Shown: positions 8,614-18,517 of the stretch, one piece after another
How the letters are laid out: the number at the start of each line of letters is the position of its first letter
Numbering within the stretch: position 1 is the first letter of the stretch
NCBI GenBank assembly: GCA_965216875.1
Contig: OZ244207.1
Span: 7,168,001 to 7,232,000, forward strand
Direction of reading: 5' to 3'
DNA from: Rubripirellula sp.
GTDB lineage: Bacteria > Planctomycetota > Planctomycetia > Pirellulales > Pirellulaceae
Length of the DNA: 64,000 nucleotides
Position numbers and translations under genes: made by a program
The notes under the pieces: generated by a model
What the model was told of the DNA's origin: nothing
The model's input: the letters and a program-made list of their open reading frames with translations, nothing else
The model's database searches: none

Positions 8614-10559
8614 CAGACGACCAGCAAGACGACAAAATCGAGGAATTCGCACCAGGTGTAGAGCAAGCGCTCGACGTCCTGCTGAGCGAAGCGCACGGTG
8701 CTACTTCACCGCCCGATTTGTCAGACCGAATTCTCGATAAATTGCACGCGCTTGACGGTGCGCCCTACGGTGAATCGTTGTCCGACATCATCCTTGATGG
8801 CGGCGACCTTCATGGTGGGGCCGCGCTGTCAAAGAAAAAACGCCGTATCGCGATTGCAAGTGCCATCCTTGTTGCCATCGCCGCAGCCCTGTTGGTGATG
8901 TTCACTGGTGACGGGGATGTCGATCTTGATGGTGATCCTTCCACACAGGTTGCGGGTGCTGGCGATTCCGAATCGGATTCCGACGATACCTATGCCGATT
9001 CAACACCGCCAACCGATGGCGATGTGACCAGCGAGTCGGCGGAAGAGCAGCAAGATCGGTCACTCGCTCCAGCTGGACGCGGCATTCCGCTGGTGCTCAA
9101 CCATGGCGAAGATACCGAGTCCGAAACACAGCCGGGCAGTCTTGATTGGCTGATTCCCACCGTCCCCAAGTCGGAAGTCGCGATCACTTTGGTTTCGACC
9201 GATGTCGATTCGGACATGACCAACTACTGGCAGGCGATCGGCATCGATCCATCAGGTGATGCTCCCGCCGAAGAGGTTGCGGCCCGCTTGGCCGCAGTGG
9301 TGGGCATCGAATTGGATGCTGCCGCTGTCAAAGATTCGACGTTGATTCAAGAGGAAATCGCGCGTCCGGTGATTAGCAAAGTCATCGCACGACGATGGCT
9401 GACCGAGTTGACCGGCGGTGGAATCAACCGAGTTGAAAAGACAACGCGACAAGCTTTGATCAACGAGTTGAGCCAATGTTTCCGTTCGAAGCAAAGCTTT
9501 GACCGTACGCTCGCGAGCTGGATGAGTGGCAAGAGCGAACATTCGTCGGCCTTTTACACCGCCTTCGCAGGTGATGGGCGTCATCAAAGTGTTCGGCGAC
9601 TTGCATCGTTGACGGCGAACGTCGACCTTCGCTGCGTGCAGTGCCACGACTCGTACATCGAGGGCAATGTGGCGCAAAGCGACTACTGGTCGTTTGCCGC
9701 ATTCCTGAACAAGGGGCTGAGTCGTCAGCGCGATGACTGGAGTGTGGATGCCGAAAACCACACCGCGGCGCCGCTGTTCTATTCATTGCCAGATGGCCGA
9801 CAAAAAATCGCCGAGTCCGAGATCCCGCAGCGATGGGTTTCTGGACCGAAGCCCGAGAAGATTGTCGATTGGTCCGCATCGGTGGTCGGCTCCAAGCGAC
9901 TTGCGCGCGGCGTTGTGAATTCGCTTTGGAAACTGGTGCATGGGCAATCGCTTCGAGGGCACGTTTTCGACACGTCGAGTGCACCCCATGACAAGGCGCT
10001 CGATCGTCTTGAACAACGCTTGGCGAATGACTTTGTTGGATCGAACTTTGATGTTGGGCGACTGTTGGCGTTGATCGTCGCATCGCCCTCCGCGCGACGT
10101 AGCGTTCCCGAAGCGTTGCGGCCTGAGAACACGATTGCGTCCAGCGAGGAAGTTCATCAAGCGATGCAATCGGTCAACGCGTTTGCCGCTTCAATGCCAC
10201 CGCATCGGTCGTTGCCCATCCAACGTCGAATTGAGATTGCTCAATCACGCATTGGTGCAACGCTTGATGGCACCCAGCCCGTGCTGGCTCAGGGGACCGG
10301 TGAGTTGTCGAGTGAACCGCCTCGGGTCAATCCAAACCGTTCGAAAGCCGGAAGCGACTTCCCAAGTCGTGCTCACGGACTGCCGGTTCAATGGTTGTCT
10401 CGAATCGAAGATCCCCAGAATCAAGCCGCTCATCTCGGCTACCTGGCCGGAATGCACGAGTTTTCACCTGAGCTCCAGGCAGCGGCTAAGCAGCTTGAGG
10501 AGGCTGGAGAGGATCGCTCGCTGGCACTTCAGCGAATCTGGTGGCTGGTTCGCCCCTAG
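8610..10559 (+). CDS. Putative membrane-anchored anti-sigma factor with degenerate DUF1549/DUF1553-like CxxCH periplasmic domain
   Basis: Coupled to the ECF gene; short N-terminal helical domain; TM IAIASAILVAIAAALLVMF after KKKRR; RCVQCHD; VNSLWKLVHG. Confidence 0.7.
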   Translation: MTDDQQDDKIEEFAPGVEQALDVLLSEAHGATSPPDLSDRILDKLHALDGAPYGESLSDIILDGGDLHGGAALSKKKRRIAIASAILVAIAAALLVMFTGDGDVDLDGDPSTQVAGAGDSESDSDDTYADSTPPTDGDVTSESAEEQQDRSLAPAGRGIPLVLNHGEDTESETQPGSLDWLIPTVPKSEVAITLVSTDVDSDMTNYWQAIGIDPSGDAPAEEVAARLAAVVGIELDAAAVKDSTLIQEEIARPVISKVIARRWLTELTGGGINRVEKTTRQALINELSQCFRSKQSFDRTLASWMSGKSEHSSAFYTAFAGDGRHQSVRRLASLTANVDLRCVQCHDSYIEGNVAQSDYWSFAAFLNKGLSRQRDDWSVDAENHTAAPLFYSLPDGRQKIAESEIPQRWVSGPKPEKIVDWSASVVGSKRLARGVVNSLWKLVHGQSLRGHVFDTSSAPHDKALDRLEQRLANDFVGSNFDVGRLLALIVASPSARRSVPEALRPENTIASSEEVHQAMQSVNAFAASMPPHRSLPIQRRIEIAQSRIGATLDGTQPVLAQGTGELSSEPPRVNPNRSKAGSDFPSRAHGLPVQWLSRIEDPQNQAAHLGYLAGMHEFSPELQAAAKQLEEAGEDRSLALQRIWWLVRP

Positions 10560-10570
10560 GGAATTCTTTT

Positions 10571-10685
10571 GTGAGCCGCACGCGCTAGCGTCGGGCCTTT
10601 CACTCAACGTAGCTACGCTCGCCAGAGCGTGGTGAATTGGAAAGCGGTCTACCGGTGAAAACCACCTTCTGGCGAAGGTAGCTAC
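10571..10685. repeat. Composite REP cluster: family B (GTGAGCCG...GCTAGCGTCGGGCC) plus an inverted pair of family A
   Basis: B at 10571-10597; A at 10609-10632 and inverted at 10662-10685. Confidence 0.85.
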
Positions 10686-10812
10686 GGTCCGCGAGACGAC
10701 GCGGAGCTTGCGAGCGTAGCGACGAGGAATCTCATCCCTTGCGGCCGCTTGATGGAGTATGATGGGGGTTGCTTATTCTCCTCCTCCTCCTCCGGTCGTT
10801 TGCAGGAAGCTG

Positions 10813-11682
10813 ATGGGCATTCGGTTTGCATGCCATGTCTGCGAAAGACGTCTGAACATCAAAAAAGAGCTTGCCGGCAAACGGGGGATTTGCCCGGTCT
10901 GTGCGGCTCGCATTCGGATCCCGCTTGCGGACACCGACAAGTCGACTCCGGTTGATGAGGCCAAGCCGGTCGCTGCTGCAGCCGCGCCTGCGGCGGTTTC
11001 AACTGCCACTGCCTCACCGATCGCAGCGGCACCTCAACCCGTTGCCAGCCGAGCCTCGGTCGAGGTTGCATCACAGCCATCGACCCCAATGCCCGTCGAG
11101 CAGAAATACCGGACGCCGGCATCTGCCGTTTCTCAGCCGACCGCTGAAACGTTAAATGATGACTTGCTGGTCGAGCATTCACCGGTGCCCGAAAAGGGCT
11201 CCGAGACGTCGTCGCTTGACTTGTTGACCGAAGAGAACGAGGCGACTTGGTATGTCCGTCCGCCGAGCGGTGGCCAATACGGACCGGCCACGACGGAGGT
11301 GCTAAGGCATTGGATTCAAGAAGGACGAGTTGCGTCTAACGCGTTACTTTGGCGTGAGGGTTGGCCCCAATGGCGCGATGCGGCCGATGCACTGCCCGAG
11401 TTTGCCGGACGGCTTCCGAAGAGTCGCGGCGGGACGCCTCGCTTTTCGACATCCAATCCACCCGACGTTCCGGGAGCCTCGAGTTCCGACCAAACAGGAT
11501 CGGTTGGAACAGGATCCGTTGTCCAGGGCGAGCTGTCAGCCGGTGCGAATGTGGCTCACGCCGAAGAGCGGATGGAAGAGGCTTCGAGACGATCGAAGCC
11601 GAACCAGATGGTGACGATCATCGTGCTTGGCGTGATTGCCTTGACGCTGATACTCGTGTTGGCATTTGTGGCGGCACGATAG
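10813..11682 (+). CDS. Zinc-ribbon plus GYF_2 (DUF4339) domain protein with C-terminal TM helix
   Basis: MGIRFACHVC...CPVC; WYVRPPSGGQYGPA...WIQEGRV...LLWREGWPQW; hydrophobic C-terminus. Confidence 0.85.
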   Translation: MGIRFACHVCERRLNIKKELAGKRGICPVCAARIRIPLADTDKSTPVDEAKPVAAAAAPAAVSTATASPIAAAPQPVASRASVEVASQPSTPMPVEQKYRTPASAVSQPTAETLNDDLLVEHSPVPEKGSETSSLDLLTEENEATWYVRPPSGGQYGPATTEVLRHWIQEGRVASNALLWREGWPQWRDAADALPEFAGRLPKSRGGTPRFSTSNPPDVPGASSSDQTGSVGTGSVVQGELSAGANVAHAEERMEEASRRSKPNQMVTIIVLGVIALTLILVLAFVAAR

Positions 11683-11725
11683 TTCAATGGCCTACCGTTG
11701 GTAGCCTCTCGGTCGTCTCCGTTCG

Positions 11726-11830
11726 TAGTCCCGCCTTTAGGCGGAAAAGGGTGTGAAGATTCCGGCTAAAGCTCTGTACGACGAACCGGTTGCTCTCTCC
11801 GCCAGCCCACGCTCTGGCGAGCGTGGCTAC
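11726..11830. repeat. REP cluster: family D (GTAGTCCCGCCTTTAGGCGG...GAAGATTCCGGCTAAAGCTC) plus inverted family A
   Basis: Family D also at about 32135-32192; family A at 11807-11830; lies between convergent genes. Confidence 0.75.
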
Positions 11831-11842
11831 GAAGAAAAAAGC

Positions 11843-12922
11843 CTAGCGACGTTTCTTGGTCATCTTTTTGCTGCGAGCCGCGGCAGCTTGAGCTCGGCGC
11901 TTGGCGTACTCGACTTTTCGCGTCACGATCTGGTCGACCCGCGATGAGCGAACGACAAAGAACGCTGGGTCATCAATCACGAACGGTGTCGACCAAGTGC
12001 GCCCGTTGTTGTGGTTGCAGATGTTAAAGAAGAACGAGTTAAAACGTTCTGCCTGATACCCGTACGGGTATTGGCTCGAGAGGTGATCTTCGATCGTCAG
12101 GTCATCCGTGCCAGGTTTGCCGAAGTAGTGGATACGACCATCTGCCGAGACCGACATTCCGAACGTCCACCATCCGAATTGATCAATCGGAATCTCTTTC
12201 GCGGAGAAGTCACCACCACGACCGTTGCCGCGAATCTTGAGGTAGGCCGAATCGGCTTCAACGCCACGGCTCGTTTCGCTGCGGAAGTGAATCCAGATAC
12301 CTGGCCAATACGGTTCGTTGGTCATTGCCGATCCGACAGCGAACAGACCTTCACGCGGTTTGCGGATCGTTGTTCGGACGCCGACGCGAATGCCAAAGTG
12401 TGGACCCGATCGGTTTTCCCAAAGCGAGGCTTCGGGCAGATAAACGCGGACGGTGCAACTGGGCACATCTTCAACGCGAACCGGCGATCCCAGCCGCGCG
12501 GCGACATTCATGATCAGATCGTCTTGTTGCACGTCGTTGGTGTTGACGCCAGGAATGCCTGACCGCAACGTCGAGATTTGCAAGGCATGTTCGCTGCCCT
12601 CGAGTCCGCCCGGTGGCGTGGGAATCACCTTGACCACATCAGGTTGGCCACGCATTGGGCCCTCGGCCCAGCGACGGTTGACCGAGTAAGCCATGGGCGA
12701 ATACGTCCGCTCGTTCAGCTCGCTGGAACTCTTGGGATGGTTGTAGATGAACTTCCAAGCAGGATCTTCAAAGTCATCACCCAAGTAATCGATCTTTTTG
12801 CCGATGCCAGGAACGGGAACGCCCGTGACGTACCGAGTGGTCTGCCGCGATTGAGCCTGAGAGGTGCCGGATGTGGCAATCGCAATCAGCGAGGCAATGA
12901 CGATGGCGAGCGAGATTCGCAT
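11843..12922 (-). CDS. Secreted hypothetical protein (aromatic-rich, possible beta-sandwich)
   Basis: Signal peptide MRISLAIVIASLIAIATSGTSQA; 359-aa open frame; basic C-terminal tail. Confidence 0.75.
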   Translation of the reverse strand: MRISLAIVIASLIAIATSGTSQAQSRQTTRYVTGVPVPGIGKKIDYLGDDFEDPAWKFIYNHPKSSSELNERTYSPMAYSVNRRWAEGPMRGQPDVVKVIPTPPGGLEGSEHALQISTLRSGIPGVNTNDVQQDDLIMNVAARLGSPVRVEDVPSCTVRVYLPEASLWENRSGPHFGIRVGVRTTIRKPREGLFAVGSAMTNEPYWPGIWIHFRSETSRGVEADSAYLKIRGNGRGGDFSAKEIPIDQFGWWTFGMSVSADGRIHYFGKPGTDDLTIEDHLSSQYPYGYQAERFNSFFFNICNHNNGRTWSTPFVIDDPAFFVVRSSRVDQIVTRKVEYAKRRAQAAAARSKKMTKKRR

Positions 12923-13253
12923 GCGAAAGTCCCGTGGGTGAGCAGAGAACAGAAAGAAATCAGCTTCCACTGTTATCGGACGCACCGATCGGCATCCTCA
13001 GTTCACCGCCACAGCCGGGATAAGTGGCTTAATTGCTATGCATTAACACGAAAAGTCGAGTGCTTCCGGGGACGCAATTTGGCTGCGAAATTTGCCTAAC
13101 CCCACTCCCTTCGCAGGTTGCTGGTTGATCCATTAGAGTATCAGCGTTGGTCTTGTCGTCGCGATGTGACGGCGAGGCAGTGAGACTTTGCCAAATCAGC
13201 GGTCAGCTCGAAAGCAATACGAGCGGACCGATTCATCAACCGGAGTAGCTGTG

Positions 13254-13811
13254 ATGCGTGTTCAACTTGCACTGATCGGAATGCTGATGCTCGCGATTTC
13301 CGTTTCGCCAACACGAGCCGACGACGAAGCGGCCAAGCCCGAGTCGCTCAACGTGTTCGGTGCGACGATGGAAGTCCCCACCGATTTCGCGCGAGCCGAA
13401 AAGAAAAGTCGAATTATCGAGCATGAATTCGAAGCAAAGGTTGGCGAAGGCGAAGAGGCAAAGACAGCTCGAGTCACCTTCATGGCGGCCGGCGGCGATG
13501 TTGCTGCAAACATCTCACGCTGGAAAGGCCAATTTGCCGGTGGCAAAGCGGAAGACCAAAAAACGGAAGAGATGAAACTTGGCGAGTGGCAGGTGCACAT
13601 CGTTGACGTTTCTGGCTCGTACGCCGAACGTATGGGCGGCGGTCCGTTTGCGGGTGGCAAAGTGGTGCAACGAAAAGACTATGCGATGGCCGGTGCCATC
13701 CTCGTGCACCCAACCGGACGCAAGTACTTTGTGAAAATGATCGGACCGGCAGAGGTTGTCAAAGCCAACCGGAAGGCGTTCGTCGCAATGATCAAGACGA
13801 TCAATAACTAG
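13254..13811 (+). CDS. Secreted hypothetical protein (possible PsbP/Mog1-like fold)
   Basis: Signal peptide MRVQLALIGMLMLAISVSPTRA; GGDVAANISRWKGQF; YFVKMIGP; fold is inferred. Confidence 0.75.
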   Translation: MRVQLALIGMLMLAISVSPTRADDEAAKPESLNVFGATMEVPTDFARAEKKSRIIEHEFEAKVGEGEEAKTARVTFMAAGGDVAANISRWKGQFAGGKAEDQKTEEMKLGEWQVHIVDVSGSYAERMGGGPFAGGKVVQRKDYAMAGAILVHPTGRKYFVKMIGPAEVVKANRKAFVAMIKTINN

Positions 13812-13825
13812 GCAACACTGACCGA

Positions 13826-15322
13826 ATGAACATTCAAAGCTTGTTGGAGCATCACGGGATCTCGCGCAACCCGTTTGCAGAAGAGGATGCGCAGACGGAC
13901 CCCGTGTTCAAAGAGCATTGCATCAGCAGTGCCTATCACCCGGTTTGGGACAAAGTCTATGGAGACGCCAGCGAACCGTCGACGTCGATCATCTTTGGCC
14001 CCAAAGGTTCTGGAAAGACTGCGATTCGTTTGCAGGTGGACCAGCATCTGGCAAGCTACAACACGGAGAATCCTGACAAGCGAATCTTCGTGATTCGCTA
14101 TGACGACTTCAATCCATTTCTCGATCACTTTTGTGAACGGTTGAGTCGGCGGAATTCCAAACGGCCTGAAAAAGCGCTCGACGCTTGGCGGCTTTGGGAC
14201 CACATGGATGCGATCCTCTGTTTGGGCGTTACCGATTTGGTGGACCGTGTGCTCAAACCTGATACGGGGCGCGAAGCGGCCGTGCGCAGTGAAGCGATTT
14301 CGAAACTTGATCGGACCGATGCTCGGGACCTGTTGCTGCTGGCGGCGTGTTACGACCAATCGACTTCCGATTCGTTCACTGGACGCTGGTCATCGCTTCG
14401 CAAGGCGCTGCGGTTTGGCAATCTGCAGTCGTACGTCAAGCTTGTTGTGGCAATCGTTTGGGGATTGGCGTCCATTGGTTTTGTCACCTGGTTGCTTAGC
14501 CGGAGTGCTGGCGGCGAAGAAGGTGTGAACTTCAAGCTGTTGTGGCTGATTCCGATCTTGGTGCTCATTGGAGCGTTCCCCTATTTGCTTGACCTGATCA
14601 AGTGTCAGGCAGCGGCATTGGGAATCCGCCGACACATGCGCGTTGGAAAACGCGAAGTCGGATCGATGCGTCAGGTGCTGATGAAGATCCCGGGCAAGGA
14701 ATTGGCCAGTCAGCCGCTGCCGCGCTATGATCGCACGGACGATCGCTACGAACTGTTGAACAAGTTCCAGTCGATCCTTCAGCGTCTCGGATTCGCCGGT
14801 GTGATTGTCCTGATGGATCGCGTCGATGAGCCACACATGACCGGCGGCAAACCGGAATTGATGCGTCGCTTCGTTTGGCCGATGCTTGATAACAAATTGC
14901 TCAAGCACCCGGGGGTCGGGTTCAAGTTGATGCTGCCCCAAGAGCTGCATCGTGACATTGAACGCGAGACGCGAGAATTTCACGAACGGGCGCGGCTGGA
15001 CAAGCAGAACGTGATTCCGGCATTCCAGTGGACGGGTGAGTCGCTCTATGACCTCGCCCGGGCACGAATGATGGCCTGTGCGATCGACGGCCGTTCGCCT
15101 GAGCCCAAGGATTTGTTTGCCGACGAGATCAGCTACGAGCGGATGATTGCGGCGTTTCAGTCATTGCGCGTGCCTCGCCACCTGTTCCGGTTTCTCTATC
15201 GGGTGCTGGTCGAGCATTGCAATCGCTACACCGACGCCCAGCCGGTTTACCAGATCAAGGGTGAGACGTTCGAGGCGATGCTGGCCGTCTACAGCCGCGA
15301 AATGGACCCCAATTTGGGCTAA
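13826..15322 (+). CDS. P-loop NTPase with two internal TM helices
   Basis: Walker A GPKGSGKT; Walker B-like VIVLMDRVDE; two hydrophobic segments between them. Confidence 0.8.
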   Translation: MNIQSLLEHHGISRNPFAEEDAQTDPVFKEHCISSAYHPVWDKVYGDASEPSTSIIFGPKGSGKTAIRLQVDQHLASYNTENPDKRIFVIRYDDFNPFLDHFCERLSRRNSKRPEKALDAWRLWDHMDAILCLGVTDLVDRVLKPDTGREAAVRSEAISKLDRTDARDLLLLAACYDQSTSDSFTGRWSSLRKALRFGNLQSYVKLVVAIVWGLASIGFVTWLLSRSAGGEEGVNFKLLWLIPILVLIGAFPYLLDLIKCQAAALGIRRHMRVGKREVGSMRQVLMKIPGKELASQPLPRYDRTDDRYELLNKFQSILQRLGFAGVIVLMDRVDEPHMTGGKPELMRRFVWPMLDNKLLKHPGVGFKLMLPQELHRDIERETREFHERARLDKQNVIPAFQWTGESLYDLARARMMACAIDGRSPEPKDLFADEISYERMIAAFQSLRVPRHLFRFLYRVLVEHCNRYTDAQPVYQIKGETFEAMLAVYSREMDPNLG

Positions 15323-15558
15323 AGCCACCCGTTCGTCGTGCCGATCTTCGGGCGAATCGTGAGAAGATTCCGGCCAAAGCTCGGGACGACAAGCGACGCT
15401 GACCGCGTGGAGCGGGGGAACGGGGCGTTCCATTCCGTTTCGTCTTGTGGTGTGGGATGGTTCTGCTAGGCTATCTGCCCCCAAACGCTAAAAAATCAAC
15501 CATCCACCACCTCGACGCCATCCAGATGACCCTGTTTGGCAACCTTTTGGAGACACAA

Positions 15559-15648
15559 TTGGGTACCAAGAAGACAGGAAAAGGACGACGCAAAGTAGGA
15601 CGTAAGAAGCGACGTATGCGGGCAAAGATTCGTCACCGCAAGAAGTAA
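15559..15648 (+). CDS. 29-aa Lys/Arg-rich peptide, candidate small ribosomal protein (eL41/bS22-like)
   Basis: GGAG then TTG at 15559; MGTKKTGKGRRKVGRKKRRMRAKIRHRKK*; hairpin follows. Confidence 0.65.
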   Translation: MGTKKTGKGRRKVGRKKRRMRAKIRHRKK

Positions 15649-15665
15649 TTTCTAGATTCTCGGCC

Positions 15666-15689
15666 CGGCTCGTGGTTTGGAGCGAGCCG
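15666..15689. terminator. Hairpin between convergent genes, possible terminator
   Basis: cggctcg-N10-cgagccg stem; no clear U-tract. Confidence 0.4.
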
Positions 15690-15736
15690 TGTTGGTGAGG
15701 TGTTCCCACGGAAATGCCGTGGGAACGGGGACTCGA

Positions 15737-16792
15737 TCAAGAACCCGAGTCACTCAGGCCAAGTTTGGCCAGCCAACGCCGTGATGGGGCTCCCGACTCA
15801 GCTGTCTCAGCTTCGCGGCGTAGACGTTCCAGCTGTTCTTCGAGTTCGGAATTCTTCCGTGCCAGTTCCAGGCGTTCTCGAGAGAGTTTGGCGCGTTCGA
15901 GGGAGAGTTCGATTTCGCCTTGGCGGAACTTCTCTTCCCATTGTTCTTGCAGTGTCGACAGGCGTTCGCGTTCTTGCTGGACCAGTTCGTCCGAGTCAAC
16001 CATTTGGGCGATCGCTGCGGCACCGACGGCGACACCACCTTCGCGTGTGCCCGACTGTTGCTCGAGTAGGTGACGTAGTTCTTGGACTTCGTCGTCGCGA
16101 CGATTCAATTCGTCGCGCAATCGTTCCTGTTCGCTGTGCAGTTGGTCAAGGTAGCCCTCTGCATCAAGGGGTTGGCCATCGTCGCCGGCATCCTGTTGTA
16201 GATCAGAAACGAAGGATTCGGCGTCAAACGCGTCGTCTTCCATTTGTTCAAGGATTTGACGCTTGCGGTCCTCCCACGACAGCGCATCGTTGCTGCCGGA
16301 GTCGGCGCACGCGACCGTCTTGCGAACATTATCACTGGCAACGCGTGAGGCGAGCTCCTCGTTTTGCCGCTCCAGTTCGGTGATGCGGCCTTCGTATTCG
16401 TCGATTTGTTGCTGATAGTACGCGTCGTCTCCACCGTACGCAGCGTCACCGCTGGCGGCACCGTTTGCCGTGGCGCCGTCTTGGGTGGCCAGCGCGTCGC
16501 TCAAGTCGCCGACACGGTTCAGCAGCAGTTCCAGCAGCCGTCCGTTCGATTCGACTTGGTATTGCAGCGATTGGCTGTCAGTACACTCGTCGTGTGCTTG
16601 GGTTGGGTGGTCCAATTCGTTTTCCCCATGGGGTACGTCTGTCGTTAGGCCGCATTCCTCTGCTTCGTTCTCAAGCAGACAAATGGTTGCCACTTCTCCA
16701 TCAGGCTCGAAGCTAGTAACCTCGGTGTCTCGGCTGTCCGTTTCGGATCGATTCTTCGATGTCCGCCTGCGCGATCGGGTCTTCCTGGCCAT
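15737..16792 (-). CDS. Acidic coiled-coil hypothetical protein
   Basis: Long E/Q/R-rich heptad stretches; ATG at 16792 (MARKTRS). Confidence 0.8.
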   Translation of the reverse strand: MARKTRSRRRTSKNRSETDSRDTEVTSFEPDGEVATICLLENEAEECGLTTDVPHGENELDHPTQAHDECTDSQSLQYQVESNGRLLELLLNRVGDLSDALATQDGATANGAASGDAAYGGDDAYYQQQIDEYEGRITELERQNEELASRVASDNVRKTVACADSGSNDALSWEDRKRQILEQMEDDAFDAESFVSDLQQDAGDDGQPLDAEGYLDQLHSEQERLRDELNRRDDEVQELRHLLEQQSGTREGGVAVGAAAIAQMVDSDELVQQERERLSTLQEQWEEKFRQGEIELSLERAKLSRERLELARKNSELEEQLERLRREAETAESGAPSRRWLAKLGLSDSGS

Positions 16793-16931
16793 TTTTTGAG
16801 CTTGCTGGGGACAAGCTGATTGCAATCGGTAAAATCGGTAACTTCGACGTTGGTTGTGGGGATAGCGCACGTCGAAACAACGCTCTATCTATTCCTTAGG
16901 TCGCACTGTTCGGACTGTCAAAAGCGGAAGC

Positions 16932-17405
16932 ATGGCAAAGAAGAAGGCAGCCAAAAAAAAGACGGCAAACGCATCAAACGATGCCCACGCTCGGGGGTCC
17001 GATGGGGGTCTCCCCCCGCATGGCAGTGGCGACTGTGATGCCGGTGATCTGCAAGGTGATGGCAGCGACCTGCAAGGTGATGCCGGTGATATCAGTTTTG
17101 AGGACGCGTTGGCCGAGATCGAGCAAATCGTTCACCAATTGGAAAGTGGTGAACTAGATTTGACTGAGTCACTGAGCCGATACGAGCGCGGGGTGAAACA
17201 ACTCAAACGCTGCCATGCCCTTTTGGACGCCGCAGGACGTCGAGTCACTTTGCTCTCCGGTTTCGACGAAAATGGACAACCGGTGACCGAAACGTTTGAC
17301 CCCGCAGCCGAAACCCCCACAAACGGTCTTGAGGGCGGACGCAGCACCATTGCAGAGGCTGGTCAAGCCAGTGATTCAATGGACGATCCGCCGTCGCTCT
17401 TCTAG
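16932..17405 (+). CDS. xseB: Exodeoxyribonuclease VII small subunit with long terminal extensions
   Basis: SFEDALAEIEQIVHQLESGELDLTESLSRYERGV; canonical xseB-ispA-dxs order. Confidence 0.93.
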   Translation: MAKKKAAKKKTANASNDAHARGSDGGLPPHGSGDCDAGDLQGDGSDLQGDAGDISFEDALAEIEQIVHQLESGELDLTESLSRYERGVKQLKRCHALLDAAGRRVTLLSGFDENGQPVTETFDPAAETPTNGLEGGRSTIAEAGQASDSMDDPPSLF

Positions 17406-17546
17406 ACTTGGGAGGGCATTTTTACCCAGTTTATTGGGTGACCGATTTTGGCGGTGACACACGATCACCAACCTCACCCGAGTCCAAACCAGCGATCCCA
17501 GCCAGTTACCTGAAAAAGGGCCGGCAAGATCCAAGGCCCTTTATTT

Positions 17547-18506
17547 ATGCAACAAGCTGATGGAACCCTGCCGGCTGAGCACCTCAACGGGTTAGAGGGC
17601 CTTCTGCCACCAATCGAAGAGGCGCTCGAGCGGGCGTGTGAGTTTCGGTCGGGTTGCCCACAGGAGCTAGGCGATGCCATTCGCTATGCCCTGCTGGCTC
17701 CGGGAAAACGCCTTCGCCCCGCATTGACGCTGATGGCGGCCGAAGCGTGTGGCGGGGAATTGAGCGATGCCATGCCCGGTGCGGTTGCCGTGGAGATGAT
17801 CCACGCCTACTCGCTCATTCATGACGATTTGCCGGCGATGGACGACGATGACCTTCGTCGCGGTCGGCCCACCGTCCATATTAAGTTCGACGAAGCGACC
17901 GCGATCCTGGCCGGTGACGCATTGCAGGCCGAAGCGTTTGCCCATCTCAGCCACAACGTCCCCGCTCCGGCGGTTGCGATCGAAGCCGTACGCGTACTCT
18001 CCTTAGCGGCTGGTTCGGCACACCTGGTCGGTGGACAGGCCGATGACTTGGCCGCCGAAAAAGAGGCCAAACATACCGCTGATGGGGCGTCCGAAGCGTC
18101 TGAACCGACCAATGCACAGCCTCGTACACTGGAACACCTTGAGTCGATTCACCGTCGCAAGACCGGGGCTCTGTTTGCCGCGTCACTCGATTTGGGGGCC
18201 GTCTTGGTAAAAGCAGATTCCGACGCGCGCAAGGCTCTTGGTAACTACGCTAGTGACCTCGGTTTGGCGTTTCAGGTCGTGGACGATGTTTTGGACCACA
18301 CGGCGACATCCGAGAAATTAGGAAAACGCGCGGGGAAAGATGCGGATCGCGGCAAGCTGACCTACCCAGGTTTGCTTGGTCTCGATGCAGCCCGTGCCAA
18401 GGCGGAGCAATTGGTTAGTTCTGCAAAAGACCACCTTTCTGTTTTTTCAGAAGACGCTTGGCGGTTAACGTGGTTGGCCGACTATGTGTTGAAGCGAGAA
18501 CATTGA
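17547..18506 (+). CDS. ispA: Farnesyl/geranylgeranyl diphosphate synthase
   Basis: GKRLRP; HAYSLIHDDLPAMDDDDLRRG; FQVVDD; KTGAL. Confidence 0.93.
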   Translation: MQQADGTLPAEHLNGLEGLLPPIEEALERACEFRSGCPQELGDAIRYALLAPGKRLRPALTLMAAEACGGELSDAMPGAVAVEMIHAYSLIHDDLPAMDDDDLRRGRPTVHIKFDEATAILAGDALQAEAFAHLSHNVPAPAVAIEAVRVLSLAAGSAHLVGGQADDLAAEKEAKHTADGASEASEPTNAQPRTLEHLESIHRRKTGALFAASLDLGAVLVKADSDARKALGNYASDLGLAFQVVDDVLDHTATSEKLGKRAGKDADRGKLTYPGLLGLDAARAKAEQLVSSAKDHLSVFSEDAWRLTWLADYVLKREH

Positions 18507-18517
18507 CGAAGGCATCA

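Noticed and set aside
17034..17090. 21-nt imperfect repeat in the xseB 5' extension (GDLQGDGSDLQGDAGD)
   Set aside because: Short in-frame duplication in a disordered linker; no sign of function.
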